Assembly: GCA_963575745.1 (NCBI GenBank)
Contig: CAUYUJ010000270.1
Location: forward strand, 248,001 to 312,000
DNA: 64,000 nucleotides
Reading direction: 5' to 3'
Source of the DNA: Prorocentrum cordatum
Lineage: Eukaryota
Positions 38,776-50,183 of this stretch are shown in pieces. Below the pieces are notes generated by a model. It saw only the letters and a list, made by a program, of their open reading frames with translations, was not told the DNA's origin and searched no databases. The translations under genes were made by a program, and so were the position numbers. How positions within the stretch are numbered: position 1 is the first letter of the stretch; each line of letters opens with the position of its first letter.

Positions 38776-40773
38776 ATGTCTCAGCTGATCGGTTTCGTTC
38801 GGCAGCGCGTCGAGTATGTGGCGCTCATGGCAAAGTGCGGCTCGACGGGCGACAAGCTCCAGCAGTTGAAGACCGACGCTTGCACTGGCATCCTACAGGC
38901 CATTCGCACCGTCAAGGGCGTGAAGCCAGAGGACGCCATGCAGATACACCAGATCATCAGTGAGTGCCTCCCGTCGAGCAGCGTGGAGCTCATCATGGCC
39001 AGCCTCGACGGAAAGGTGCATTTGGCAGGCACCACTCTGACTGGTGTGGTCATCCAGGAGAAGCAGGCCCACACTCACCTCGACCTCTACTTGACCGAGG
39101 AGGCCTGGACAAAGTTCCTCGACTCGAGCATTGACCCTCAGACTAAGCTGATGTCCATGGCGATGTTCTTCGTGCTGATCGGCCTTCGGAACCCCGACGA
39201 GAAAACGTTCGCTCGTGGCGCAGCGCTGGCCCTACAGACGGAACCATACAGCGTCGGTCGTCTCGTCGAGGAGACCCGCAGGTTGAAGCTGCTCGTGAAG
39301 TCCACGGCTGAGAGCTCCCCGCACATGCTTGTGGGGCCAACTGTGTATCCTGATGACGTGGAGGCGTTCAAGCAGATGTTCCCAGACGTGTGGAAGCAGG
39401 CCTTCGAGGCCTCTCCGCCAGCTCCTACGCGGTGGAGCCCGCAGCACAGGGCCATGGTGGAGCAGATGAAGGTCTGCAGGAGCTCGAAGAACGGGTGCGA
39501 GCAGGTAGTGCAGCCCGCGAGGGCGACCAGGAGCTTCATGCGGCAGTGCACGAGCAGCCCGTCCACCATGTGTGCACCGAGGTCCCTCCTACCTGGCGCA
39601 GTGGCGAACCCGTCGGCCATGGTGCCCTATACGGCGCCTTCGCCGATCGAGATCGGGGACTCGCATCAGTTGCCGCCTCCAGCGACCTTTCCAGGCGGTG
39701 CTCATCAAGTTCCAGGCGATGCTCTTGTTCCAGTCGGTGCTCAGACAGCTCCAGTCGGTGCCGCTCCAGTTCCACAGGCTGCTGCAGTTCCAGTCGGTGC
39801 TCATCCAGTTCCAGGCGGTGCTCATCAAGTTCCAGTCGGTGCTCACCCAGCTGCAGTTCCAGTCGGTGCTCATCAAGTTCCAGTCGGTGCTCAAGTTCCA
39901 GTCGGTGCTCCAGTCGGTGCCGCAGTTCCAGTCGGTGCTCCAGTCGGTGCTCACGTTCCAGTCGGTGCTGCCCAGGCGGTTGCAGGCCCGAGCATGAAGG
40001 AGGTCACGCAGATGATCCAGAAGAAGCTCAAGGGCGGCGCCAAGGACATCACGGAGCAGGCGGACGGCGCTGAGGGTGACGAGGACGGAATCGGTCGAAT
40101 GGCGATGGTGATGGCGACGGTGGCGACGGTGATGACGACGACGGTAGCGGTGATGATAACGACGGTGATGACAACGATGATGTTGACGATGACGTTAGCG
40201 ATGATGACGGCGGTGATGAGGGTGACGATGATGACGATGACGACGATGACGACGATGATGATGATGACGATGATGACGATGGCGTTGACGATGCTGATAA
40301 CGACGATAATGCTGACGATGATGACGACGATGATGATGACGATATTTGCCTCCTCCCCCTCCTCCTGGAGGGGGGCTGGGGAAGGCGTCAGGAATTGTGG
40401 CCCCGTCCTCTCCCCCCTCCCGACCTCTTCCGTCCAGGAGCCAAAGCTCGAGCCGATCGCGGCGCCGAAGAGCAAGGCCAAAGCCAAGGCCAAGGGCAAG
40501 GCCAAGGCAAAGGCCTCGAAGAAATCCCCTGCAGTGTGCAAGTCGGCATCCCCTCAGAACGTACATAAAGGTGATGACGACCTCAAGTATTCTACGAAGT
40601 TGCTTCCGAGGTATTTCAAGGGCGTGACGATCTACACGTCCATGGCAAAGAAGTGCTACAGAGTGAAGCCGCGCCCAGGTGCCATCGAGGAGACCCTCTT
40701 CGCTTTCGGCGTCCACGGCGGCCGCGCGAAGGCCTGGGCGGCAGCCGTGAAGCACGCGCGGTCCGTCAAGTGA
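38776..40773 (+). CDS. Transposon ORF A: hypothetical protein with PVGA repeats, probable intron 40084-40437, small basic C-terminal domain
   Basis: Part of the 699-aa ORF; ATG 38776 follows the SL relics. The (GAT/GAC)n block is bounded by GAG|GA and CAG|G in phase 0. Confidence 0.7.
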   Translation: MSQLIGFVRQRVEYVALMAKCGSTGDKLQQLKTDACTGILQAIRTVKGVKPEDAMQIHQIISECLPSSSVELIMASLDGKVHLAGTTLTGVVIQEKQAHTHLDLYLTEEAWTKFLDSSIDPQTKLMSMAMFFVLIGLRNPDEKTFARGAALALQTEPYSVGRLVEETRRLKLLVKSTAESSPHMLVGPTVYPDDVEAFKQMFPDVWKQAFEASPPAPTRWSPQHRAMVEQMKVCRSSKNGCEQVVQPARATRSFMRQCTSSPSTMCAPRSLLPGAVANPSAMVPYTAPSPIEIGDSHQLPPPATFPGGAHQVPGDALVPVGAQTAPVGAAPVPQAAAVPVGAHPVPGGAHQVPVGAHPAAVPVGAHQVPVGAQVPVGAPVGAAVPVGAPVGAHVPVGAAQAVAGPSMKEVTQMIQKKLKGGAKDITEQADGAEGDEDGIGRMAMVMATVATVMTTTVAVMITTVMTTMMLTMTLAMMTAVMRVTMMTMTTMTTMMMMTMMTMALTMLITTIMLTMMTTMMMTIFASSPSSWRGAGEGVRNCGPVLSPLPTSSVQEPKLEPIAAPKSKAKAKAKGKAKAKASKKSPAVCKSASPQNVHKGDDDLKYSTKLLPRYFKGVTIYTSMAKKCYRVKPRPGAIEETLFAFGVHGGRAKAWAAAVKHARSVK

Positions 40774-41519
40774 GGCGCGCGGTTCGATTCGAACCGTTCG
40801 AATTCTACGGGAGGGAGCTTGTGGTGATTCATTGCTCTCGGTGCGCGTGCGGGGCGCACGCATATCCCCGCATGTGCTGCCCTTCCTTTTCAGTCGTCCC
40901 GCGGCGGCGCGAAGCCGGAATTCGGCTGGCTCCCCGCGGGCGCGCTCTCCCTCGTCGTGGATACGGCCGCGATTGCTCAGTGTACGCAGAAAGGCAGAAA
41001 AGCAAACAGGTTGCTCAGCGTGCCCAGCATGACGACGACAACGGACGACGACGACGATAACGACGGACGACGACGATGACGACGGAGGAGGGCGGTTGAT
41101 TTTCAAAATGCGGCCCTCGCCTGAGCGCCTCGGACATTCGTCTTACAAGTCTGCAACAGCTACTAGGATGGAGGACAGGCCGTCATCAAAATGGGGCTCT
41201 CGCCGTGGCGCCGCGGACATCCGCCCTAAAGGTTTCAACAGCTCGAGGGATGGAGGGTGCGTACTCATCATGGTTGCCACCATCGTCGTCATCATCATAA
41301 CCACCGATGTCACCATCGCACGCATCATCGCACTAAAGGTTGATATCGCGACATACAATTACGATCACATCCATGAGCACGACGACACACATCGCAATGG
41401 TTCAACTAATACCACTTACATCGTCATGCTCACCATCCTTGCCGTAGGTAGCTACCTCGGCTCAGTCCTCGCGATTAGGCCCGCGCCGCGGCCCCTCCGT
41501 GAAGTGCGATCGCCCATAC

Positions 41520-41822
41520 ATGGCCCCGAAAACGCAACAGCAGCCCACGCGGGAGGCGCTGGCCCGCAAGGTGACTAGGCTCGAGAACCTTGCGCAGAAA
41601 TACAAGAACGAGCGCGACCTTGAGAAGAAAAAGCTTAAGGAACTAAGCCGTGAGAAGAAGTTGTTAGAGACCGCCATTGGGGACCTCTTGAAGACAGGCT
41701 TTCGGTTTCTCAGGTCAGGGTGGACCCCGACCGTGGTGAGGAGCGTAGTTCGCAAGGTGTTTGACGACGCTGGGCCGCATTGGATGAAGCTCAAAGTGTC
41801 TCAGAGCTCTGACAGTGATTGA
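41520..41822 (+). CDS. Transposon ORF B: 100-aa basic coiled-coil protein
   Basis: MAPKTQQQ... start; degenerate SL-like GGTAGCTACCTCGGCTCAG at ~41447-41465. Confidence 0.55.
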   Translation: MAPKTQQQPTREALARKVTRLENLAQKYKNERDLEKKKLKELSREKKLLETAIGDLLKTGFRFLRSGWTPTVVRSVVRKVFDDAGPHWMKLKVSQSSDSD

Positions 41823-42138
41823 GTCTGCCAGTGAGGTTATCGTTGCGCTGCGTTTTTAGATTTTGTCGCCAACTCCATCGGGGGTTGGAGGACGATGGGC
41901 GGAGGGAGGTTAGGGGGTGGGGGTGGAGTAGGGAGGAGGGGGGAGGATCGTAGTGCAACTTAGCAGGGCGGTGCAGCAGTCAGCGCGAGTTTGCCGTGAT
42001 TCGTTGCTCGGTGCCAGCAATGAGGAAAATCTTGGCGCGTCGTCTGCCCCCCCATATCATCCTCCCCCCACTCCCCCCCGCGAGAGGCTACGTGGATGCA
42101 TTGCCACATCTTCTGGCCCCCATCCACCCGTACATAGG

Positions 42139-42151
42139 ATTTTGGCTCAAG
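42139..42151 (+). other. Spliced-leader relic
   Basis: ATTTTGGCTCAAG, 13/13 with the SL 3' end. Confidence 0.75.
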
Positions 42152-42207
42152 CATTTCGCCTCGACCCTTTTTGCAGCTGCGCTCAGTGCCAGCATATATC
42201 GGACACA

Positions 42208-43110
42208 ATGCCAGGCGCGTTGTCCAAGTGCTCCAGTTGCGGGCAGGAGTGCCCAGAGGGGCACAAGGGCCGCTGCAGGAGGTGCAACACCATGAACACC
42301 AGGGTCCACCGCGTGCTGGAGGGCGATGACGCCAGCAAGTTAGCGTTCTCAGCGAAGGTCGTCGACAAGGCTGGCTTCTTCGAGCGCGCCAAGAACGTCT
42401 TCGGGGAGGAGCTGAGGTCCATGATCATGTCGGAGATCGAGGAGAAGTCCGAGAGCTTCACCGAGGTGGAGCTGCAGGGGACGGGGAGCTTCCTCGACGA
42501 GGAGGACATGAGGGACAAGTACAAGAACAAGCCGAAGCGCCTGCAGGGCATCTTGGATCGCGCGAGGCGCTTCACGGACCCGATTTCGGGCGTGGAGCTC
42601 ATCGAGGACATGGAGTACAAGAGCCTGTCGAGGACAGGGCAGAAGGAGACGTCCTCGGTGAAGCGCACGGCCAACAGCGAGGAGCAGTACAAGCCGCCGA
42701 AGAAGAAGAAGGCCGAGCAGCCTTCAGCCGCCGACGGTTCGACCGACCAGCCCGAGCCCTTGACTGATGCGGTCAAGAAGCACATCACCGCGGCGAAGGG
42801 TGTCATCGAGAAGGCAGTGGAGAAGCTCGGGAACTCGCAGTGCGGCATCCTGGATGAGCAGAAGCCCAACTTCTACGAGTACGTCCCGCAGTACGTCATC
42901 AACAGGAACGCCTCCGTGGTCGCCAGGGCCCAGGCGCTCGTGACGCTCATCGGCCTGGCCTTGGAGGCCGAACAGATCGTGAACCCAAAGGATGTCAAAA
43001 GCCAGATCGCGGAGCTGAAGTCGGAGCTGCAGGAGACCACGCGCATCACGAAGCTGCAGGTGACCGAGGCCAAGAAGTTGGTCGAGGAGCCTGAGGAGCC
43101 CGAGGCTTGA
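42208..43110 (+). CDS. Transposon ORF C: 300-aa protein with an N-terminal C4 zinc-finger-like motif and helical C-terminus
   Basis: CSSC-x10-CRRC, strong GC3 bias, NLS-like PPKKKK. Confidence 0.75.
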   Translation: MPGALSKCSSCGQECPEGHKGRCRRCNTMNTRVHRVLEGDDASKLAFSAKVVDKAGFFERAKNVFGEELRSMIMSEIEEKSESFTEVELQGTGSFLDEEDMRDKYKNKPKRLQGILDRARRFTDPISGVELIEDMEYKSLSRTGQKETSSVKRTANSEEQYKPPKKKKAEQPSAADGSTDQPEPLTDAVKKHITAAKGVIEKAVEKLGNSQCGILDEQKPNFYEYVPQYVINRNASVVARAQALVTLIGLALEAEQIVNPKDVKSQIAELKSELQETTRITKLQVTEAKKLVEEPEEPEA

Positions 43111-43658
43111 GGCCGCAGGCGGAGCTGCAGGAGCCAGCAGCGCGAGGTCGCACGACCTCGCCCGAGCCCCGTGGTGCACCGAGACGGCGGTGCAAGCGCA
43201 CTGTGTTTAGTGCGATTCCTATGCGCCGTTGCACGCTTTCACGTGGAGCCGACCCCCGCGGGCATGTGGTGGATCATTGCCCGCGGGCGTTCAAAGGGGA
43301 AAAACAGTCATCACCACCAACACCACCAACAACATCATGATCATCACAATCAAAATGAACATCACCAGCATCATAAGCTCTCAAAGGTCAGCATCAGCAA
43401 CATCATAGCCCGCACCAGCATCAACACCAACAACCTCATCATCAACATCATTATCATCAACTTCAGCATCAAAGGAAAGCAATTAACATCAACATCATTA
43501 ACATCATCATCGACATCATTAACACCATCATCGGCACCATTATCATTTCTCGGGGGGCAAACAAAGGAAGCAATTAACATGAAACTGGCGTGCCCTCGCC
43601 CCCCCCTCCCTCCTCGGTCAACCCCATCTGCCCTCCTCCGCCGTTTCAGTTCGAGGCT

Positions 43659-44033
43659 ATGGAGAGATCGGAGCCGCTCCCCGAAGTAGAGGCCGACTTC
43701 CGAGATGATATCTCTAGCTCCTCAAGCACTGCCTCTTTTATGGCCCGCACGGGGTGCGTAATTAGGTACCACAGGAGGTTAGAGACATTTGTGTTGCAAT
43801 GGTGCACTAAGCATAGATTGACTAAGTTCCGACCGTTGTCGCATCGCGAGCTGCAGAGAATCGAAATCCCAACCCCCTCTGCCATGCCTAACAATTTGGT
43901 CTGCCCGACCGTTCGCGCCCGATGGGATGAGATATACCAGCACATAGAGCCGCACGTCGAGGAGGCGATCGCGAATTTCCACAAGTGGGTCATGACCTCG
44001 AGCCCCGAGGGTTGGCAACCGTTCAAGGATTGA
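43659..44033 (+). CDS. Transposon ORF D: 124-aa hypothetical protein
   Basis: Complex-sequence ORF between low-complexity spacers; only a very degenerate SL-like sequence upstream. Confidence 0.45.
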   Translation: MERSEPLPEVEADFRDDISSSSSTASFMARTGCVIRYHRRLETFVLQWCTKHRLTKFRPLSHRELQRIEIPTPSAMPNNLVCPTVRARWDEIYQHIEPHVEEAIANFHKWVMTSSPEGWQPFKD

Positions 44034-45544
44034 CCCTAATTGCCCGAAACCTTCGAGGGGGTGGGAGGGGAGGATAGACCGAGGGCGGGAGGAGGGGAGG
44101 GTGGGGGGAGGGCAACGAAAAATGACCCCCCTGAGGAGGCCTTGCAGCGAACGGCACGCGGATTGGCTGAGATCAGCGTGGGAAGGCCGACTGCGGCCGA
44201 CTATGAGGACACGGGGGTGGAGGGAGGAGGGAGGAGGAAGGAGGGAGGAGGGGGGAGGGAGGAGGGGGGAGGGGGGAGGAAGGGAGGAGGAAGGGAGGAG
44301 GAAGGGAGGAAGGGAGGAGGAAGGGAGGAGGAAGGGAGGAGGAAGGGAGGAGGAAGGGAGGAGGAAGGGAGGAGGAGGGAGGAGGAAGGGAGGAGGAAAG
44401 GAGGGGGATAGGGAGGAGGGAGGGGGAAGGGAGGAGGAGGGAGGAGGAAGGGGGGAGGGAGGAGGAAGGGAGGAGGAAGGGAGGAGGAAGGGAGGAGGAA
44501 GGGAGGAGGAAGGGAGGAGGAGGGGAGGAGGAAGGGAGGAGGAAGGGAGGAGGGAGGAGGAAGGGAGGAGGAAGGGAGGAGGATAGGGAGGAGGAGGGAG
44601 GAGGGAGGGGGAAGGGAGGTTGAAAGGAGGGGCATGTCGGCCAGGAGATGGATATGTACATGAGCCTGCCGATGAACGAATCTGAGACCGCGCGCGAAGC
44701 TGGCTGGCCATGGCCGTTTCCTTTCTCCTAGGGATCGAGAGGCCAGCGTGGAAAACAAACGAGCGAGGGGCTCAGGATGGCCCATGGGGGCCTTATAAGA
44801 GGGCCCTGTAGGAAGGGCCAAGAGGGCCACGTGAGATCTTAAGGGGCGCAGGATTGCTCATGGGGGTTTCAGGGGGGCCCCAGGAAGTTTCCCATCGGGA
44901 CCCAAGAGCCCAAGCGGGCCCCCAGAGGGCCCCATCTGAAGCCTTTGGCACGGAGCTTTCCAGAGGGCTCCTGGAGATGTCAGGAGGGCTTCCCAGGAGG
45001 GCTCCAAGAGGGACCCATTTGAATTGGATGGCAGGATATAAGATCTCAGAGGGGCCCTGAGGGAACCCCAAGAGGATCTCATTTGAATTCAGAGTGGGGT
45101 TCGGGCTTATTGGAGTGCCCCCCCCATCTTGGCTGGGGAGGGGCCCGAGATGGATCCAGGAGGCCCCGCCCCCCGTGTGACGGAGGTGTGCCGGAATGTG
45201 CCGGGGACCCGCGGGGGCCCACGGCCAACGCAATGTATCGTGTGACGGGACCCCCCCCGTGTGACGGAGGTGTGCCGGAGGTGTGCCGGAGTGTGACGGG
45301 GACCCACGGGGAGGGGAGCAGGCTTTGGGGTGGAAATTTATGTTGGGGGGAACCTCCAGGGGGGGACTTGCGCGGCCACCCCCCGTGGGAGACTTATGTA
45401 CGGGGGCAAGGGCCGTCTCGGGGCCGTCTGAAAGCTTTCTTGGGCCCTTCCTTATAGGCTTTCATAAGGCCTCAGAAAAGCTCTCTTAAGGGCCCCCTAA
45501 CCGAACACACATACAAAAAACACGAGGGGAACCACCCCTTATGC

Positions 45545-46640
45545 TCCACCCGCATACCCACTCCCATAGGCTCCGCCCCCTTGAGTCCACCCCCACCATA
45601 GGCTCCACCCCCATCGGCCCCCCCCCCTTGGGCTCCACCCCCATAGGGTCCACCCCCATGGGCCCCACCCCACATGTAGGTCCCACCCCCAGAGGCTCCA
45701 CCCCCATAGGCTCCAACTGCATAGTTTCCACTCCCATACATGGCTCCACCCCGATAGGCCCCACCCACCCCCATAGGCTACCCCCCCATATAGGGTCCAC
45801 CCCCATGGGCTCCACCCCCCTGCATCCACCCCCTATCTCATAAGCCGCACCCCCATATAGGCCCCACCCCCACAGGCCCCACCCCCATGGGCTCCATCCC
45901 CATGGGCTCCCACCCCCATAGGCCCCACACCCATATACCCCACCCCCATAGGCCCTACCCCCATAAGCCCCACCCCCATGCATGGGCTCCACCCCAAAGC
46001 CAGAGGCTCCACCCCAGACCCCAGAGGCTCCACCCCTTTCCACCCTGGTATTTTCCATAGGCTCCACCCCCATAAGCCACCCCCCCTTCCCCATAGGCTC
46101 CACCACTTTCCATCCACCCCCATAGGCCCCACCCCCTCAGGCCACACCCCCATAGGCCCCACCCCCATAGGCCCCACCCCCATTTGGGCTCCAACCCCAT
46201 TTGGGCTCCACCCCCATGGGCTCACCCCCATAGGCTCCACCCCCACAGGGTCCACCCCCATAGGCTCCATTCGGCCCCGCCCCCATAGGCTCCACCCCCG
46301 TGAGCTCCAACCCCAAAGTTTCCACCCCCATAGCCTCCACGAGGATTGCAAAACAAAAAAAAAACAATGGGCTCCATCCCCATAGGCCCCACCATCCATG
46401 TATACGTCCCACCCCCATCAGCACCGCCCCCATAGCTTCCACCCCCATGGCCATGTAGGCTCCAATCCCACGGGCTCCCCCCCCACATATGGCCCCACCC
46501 CCATATTCCCACCCCCATGGGCTCCAGCCCCATGGACTCCAGGATCCCATATAGGCTCCACCCCCATGGGCTCCACCCCCATATAGACCCCACCCCCTTA
46601 TATGCCCCACCCACGGAGGCTCCAGCGCCCCCCCCAGGTA
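45545..46640. repeat. CCCCATAGGCTCCAC ~15-bp minisatellite inside the transposon
   Basis: Dozens of degenerate tandem units; a GGA-rich tract lies at 44215-44620. Confidence 0.9.
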
Positions 46641-46775
46641 AGCTCCACCTGTTTGGGGCCGTCGTTGGGCCATCGTCAGCGTGGAGCTGGCCCCCCTTGG
46701 CCTTCAGGGGAATTCTTATTCCGACGGGGCCGTTATTGGCCCCGTCGTCACTCTGCTAACCTCCTCAATCCGAGC

Positions 46776-46793
46776 TAGCCGTTTTGGCTCAAG
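46776..46793 (+). other. Spliced-leader relic
   Basis: TAGCCGTTTTGGCTCAAG, 17/18 with the SL. Confidence 0.85.
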
Positions 46794-46831
46794 GCATCGG
46801 CGCCCAACGCGCGCGCAGACCAGGGCTCATC

Positions 46832-47590
46832 ATGGAGGCCGCTCGGGACGTGGAGGCCCAGGTGCAGGCCGCGCGCCCCAGCTTCTGCATGCGGGTCCGT
46901 GTCCCCGAGGAGGACCTGCTGAGGGAGTACGACTACGTGACGCGCCTGCCAGTGCTGGTCCAGGTTCGCAAAAAGTACAAGAGCAGCCCAGCGAACGACC
47001 AGAAGCAGGTGACTGAGCATCCCAGCGCGAAAGAGCAGCACGAGCAGCCCAGCGCGAAAGAGCAGGAGCAGCCCAGCGCGAAAGAGCAGCACGGGCAGGA
47101 GGGGCAGCCCAGCGCGAAAGAGCAGCACGAGCCGAAGGAGCAGGTGAAGTTGATGGACGTCATCGAGCCCCTCAATGGTCCGACGACCGCCTACCCGACG
47201 GTGCGCAAACTAGAGTACAAGGAGCCCGCCGAGCAGGTGCTGGGGGCCGACCTCGACACCGACGTGGCGACGCAGCTGCAGGACAAGACGGAGAGGAAGA
47301 CCTCAGCTCTGCCGAGGGCCCCGACACCGAGCACGTTGGCAGTGGACGACTACTTGGCGAACATCCACGCGGCGATCGGCATGCCTGCCCCGTCGAAGTT
47401 GCCGAAGCACGACAAGACGGAGATCGTGGACCTGCTCGATGGCGACACGTTCGAGACCTCCATCTTCGACGCGCTGGCAGCCGAGCAGAGCAGCCAGCCG
47501 CCGCTTGAGTTTTCGCCGCCGCCCGACTCGCAGCCTCCAGCTGACTTGGACCCCTACGAGTGCGAGTCGTCGCAGTGCCTGTCGCGCTAG
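46832..47590 (+). CDS. Transposon ORF E: 252-aa hypothetical protein with QPSAKEQ repeats
   Basis: ATG 38 nt after the SL relic; GC3 bias. Confidence 0.65.
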   Translation: MEAARDVEAQVQAARPSFCMRVRVPEEDLLREYDYVTRLPVLVQVRKKYKSSPANDQKQVTEHPSAKEQHEQPSAKEQEQPSAKEQHGQEGQPSAKEQHEPKEQVKLMDVIEPLNGPTTAYPTVRKLEYKEPAEQVLGADLDTDVATQLQDKTERKTSALPRAPTPSTLAVDDYLANIHAAIGMPAPSKLPKHDKTEIVDLLDGDTFETSIFDALAAEQSSQPPLEFSPPPDSQPPADLDPYECESSQCLSR

Positions 47591-47904
47591 GCGGCGCGGT
47601 CGGGACGATGACTTGGACGGCGAGGAACGGCATGCAAGGAGGATGAGGGGCAGGATTGAGGGGGCGCGGATAGGGAAGATCATCTTCGAAAGTTTAGTGC
47701 GATTTCTGTGCGCCGTGTGTATATCACTCTTTGATGCGGCGCCGTTCCCCGCGGGCCTGTGGTGATTCATTGCCCGCAAACTGCAAGCTTGATAAATGGA
47801 AACAATCATCATCCTAACCCACTTAGTCCTCAACGCCATTATGGCAATCATAGCCATCACCGACGTCAGCACCAACATCATCAGCACCACCACAACCAGT
47901 ACTA

Positions 47905-48110
47905 ACTCACATTCGGTTTCGTCGGACCCGCTCGCATTCAGACGAACTCCTTTCCAGCCGCACTCGCATTCAGACTCGCTCCTTTCTACGTTCAGGTCTG
48001 TCAGACCCACTCGCGTCAGGCCCATTCGCATTCAGACCCGCTCGCATTACGACCCACTCGCATTCAGACCCACTCGCATTCAGACCCACTCGCATTCAGA
48101 CTCACTCCTT
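47905..48110 (+). repeat. CAGACCCACTCGCATT 16-bp tandem repeat
   Basis: Directly upstream of the transposase SL relic. Confidence 0.8.
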
Positions 48111-48131
48111 AGGACTCGTGCAGGTGCCATT

Positions 48132-48153
48132 TCCGTAGCCGTCTAGGCCCCAG
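48132..48153 (+). other. Full-length spliced-leader relic
   Basis: TCCGTAGCCGTCTAGGCCCCAG, 17/22. Confidence 0.65.
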
Positions 48154-48203
48154 TGGAAAGGCCACCCTTTAGCATATCGTTCCGCATAGTTTCCTTCGCG
48201 CTT

Positions 48204-50183
48204 ATGGCTGGCAGGAAGAGGAAGTTCGACCAACCGCTGCAGACATGTGCCGCTGCGGCGGCTTCGAGCGGGTGCGCTGCGCAGACGATGTTGCAGGCCA
48301 TGTCAGAGCAGACCGCGTCCGATGCGAGGAGGGTGCAATGGGCGCGCAAGCTATCCCACCGACTGCTGCACTCCATTCGGAACACAGGCACCCCGTACGG
48401 CAACGTGGCCCTTGCATCGTCGATGGCAGGCCCAAAGGGCACTCTTGAATTTGATCACGTGTGTCCAGCTGCACTCTTGTACCATTTGTGTTCTGCCTCG
48501 GCAGGCTTTTTCAATTTCCTTCGCGGGGTCGCAAGTTCCGTCGCCGACGGGTTTTTGGACGTCGTGATGTACCTGGACAAGGCTACGCCAGGCAACGAGA
48601 GGCGCCCTGATGATGGAAGGTCGTGCCAGTGCTTGTATTTCACGTTCCTGCAGTACCCCGATTGGTTTAGAAAAGGTGACTTTGCTTGGATGCCGTTTGC
48701 ATACGTGAGAGTGTCTGACCAAAAAAGCTCAGGCGTGACGGACTCACAGCTCGTTCGGTTCATGACCCGATCGTTTCTTGTGTCGTTGAACTGCGTTGGC
48801 TTGCAGTCACAGGGGGAGTTCATGCAATTTCGTGCTCGTCCCTCAGTGCTCGTCGCCGACTGGGAACAGCATGTGCGGGGCTTCAACCACATGGGTTTCA
48901 ACGGTAGCGTGCCCTGCGGATGGTGCCGCAATGTGCTGGGGCGGTGCCCCCCCTTTCAGCACGCCTACCTCGTCCACGTGGACAGCGCAGAGTACGACCG
49001 CATGGACCCGCACACGCCCGAGAGCAAGCACGAGCTGGCCAGGGACGTGCAGGCGTGCGCGCAGGGCGGAGGAAACCTCGCGCGCGTGCAACAGTCCACA
49101 GGCATCAAGTGGGACCCTGAAGGCGTGTTGTGGGACGACCTCGTGAGGTCCACGCTGCGCCCGCCCTGGTGCGAATATCCAGACTGGATGCACGTGTATG
49201 TGGCGTCAGGGGGAGTGGCGCAGTACGAGGTCAACGGGCTCGTGAACTTGATATGCGGTCACGGCATTACCAATCATGACATAGATGCATGGTGTAGCCA
49301 AGTCACTGCGCCGAGAAACTCGAAGAGCTTAGGGCGGAAATTTTTCGCGGACCGCATCGTCGCGGCGCCTGGTAAGCACCTGAAAGGCTTTGCAGCGGAG
49401 GCGCTTTCAGCTGTTGTAGTTTTGGGGCTTTTCATTGATATGGTTGTGGCGCCGCAAAACATCCCAGGGCTGCAGCGAGCATTGGACTGTTTCGCATTGC
49501 TTCGGGTTATATTGGCTATATTCCAGAGGGGCTGCCTTGCCGACATACCGACACTGCAGGGCGCCATGCGGACTCACCACGAACTGTTCGCGAGGCTGTA
49601 TCCGATGTCTGTGAAAAGGAAGATGCACCAGCAGAAACACTTGCCTGAGTTTTGGGTTCGGTGGAAAGTTCTCCTGTCTTGCTTTGGCCCTGAACGTCAC
49701 CACAAGCTGATGAAGCGCGTGCACGGCTACGCGTTTAACCGTAGTCCGAAAACAGTTCTCGCATGTGATTTGCAGAAGTTGGTGAAAGGATTGGGGAGGG
49801 CCGACACGGTGGAGCCATACAGTCTGCGTGGGTGCGTCCATGCATGCAACGTGACTTTCGCGACTTCAGGCCAGCGCCATATCCAGTGCACAGCCTGGGC
49901 ACTCCTTTTGAATTCACCGACGGGGCAACTCGCGAAGGGAGACCTCCTGCAGTGGCGCGAGAATGGGCTTATGCGCGTCGGGTTTGCTTTAGGCTTCGCG
50001 CGCGCAGATGGAGCCCGCCCCGAATACGTTGCCATCGCGCGACCCTGCAGGGCGCTCAGCCCGTCGACTTGGGCGAGGCAAGGCGCCGAGGTGTGCGTCG
50101 TGCGGTCGCCAGCAATTGTAGGGAACGTGTTTTTTGCAGACGTTGGTGGCTTGATCACGCCTGCGTTGTTGCACGACCCCTAG
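48204..50183 (+). CDS. CMC-superfamily (CACTA/Mirage/Chapaev-like) DDE transposase, intact, 659 aa
   Basis: VMYLD (D), LVADWE (D), CGWC (C2C), DWMH (M/L-H), KMHQQKHL (H3H), SCFGPERHH (E): the ordered signature of CMC transposases. Confidence 0.85.
   Translation: MAGRKRKFDQPLQTCAAAAASSGCAAQTMLQAMSEQTASDARRVQWARKLSHRLLHSIRNTGTPYGNVALASSMAGPKGTLEFDHVCPAALLYHLCSASAGFFNFLRGVASSVADGFLDVVMYLDKATPGNERRPDDGRSCQCLYFTFLQYPDWFRKGDFAWMPFAYVRVSDQKSSGVTDSQLVRFMTRSFLVSLNCVGLQSQGEFMQFRARPSVLVADWEQHVRGFNHMGFNGSVPCGWCRNVLGRCPPFQHAYLVHVDSAEYDRMDPHTPESKHELARDVQACAQGGGNLARVQQSTGIKWDPEGVLWDDLVRSTLRPPWCEYPDWMHVYVASGGVAQYEVNGLVNLICGHGITNHDIDAWCSQVTAPRNSKSLGRKFFADRIVAAPGKHLKGFAAEALSAVVVLGLFIDMVVAPQNIPGLQRALDCFALLRVILAIFQRGCLADIPTLQGAMRTHHELFARLYPMSVKRKMHQQKHLPEFWVRWKVLLSCFGPERHHKLMKRVHGYAFNRSPKTVLACDLQKLVKGLGRADTVEPYSLRGCVHACNVTFATSGQRHIQCTAWALLLNSPTGQLAKGDLLQWRENGLMRVGFALGFARADGARPEYVAIARPCRALSPSTWARQGAEVCVVRSPAIVGNVFFADVGGLITPALLHDP

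Noticed and set aside
43779..46673. Pro/Gly-rich ORFs
   Set aside because: Translations of GGA tracts and the 15-bp minisatellite.
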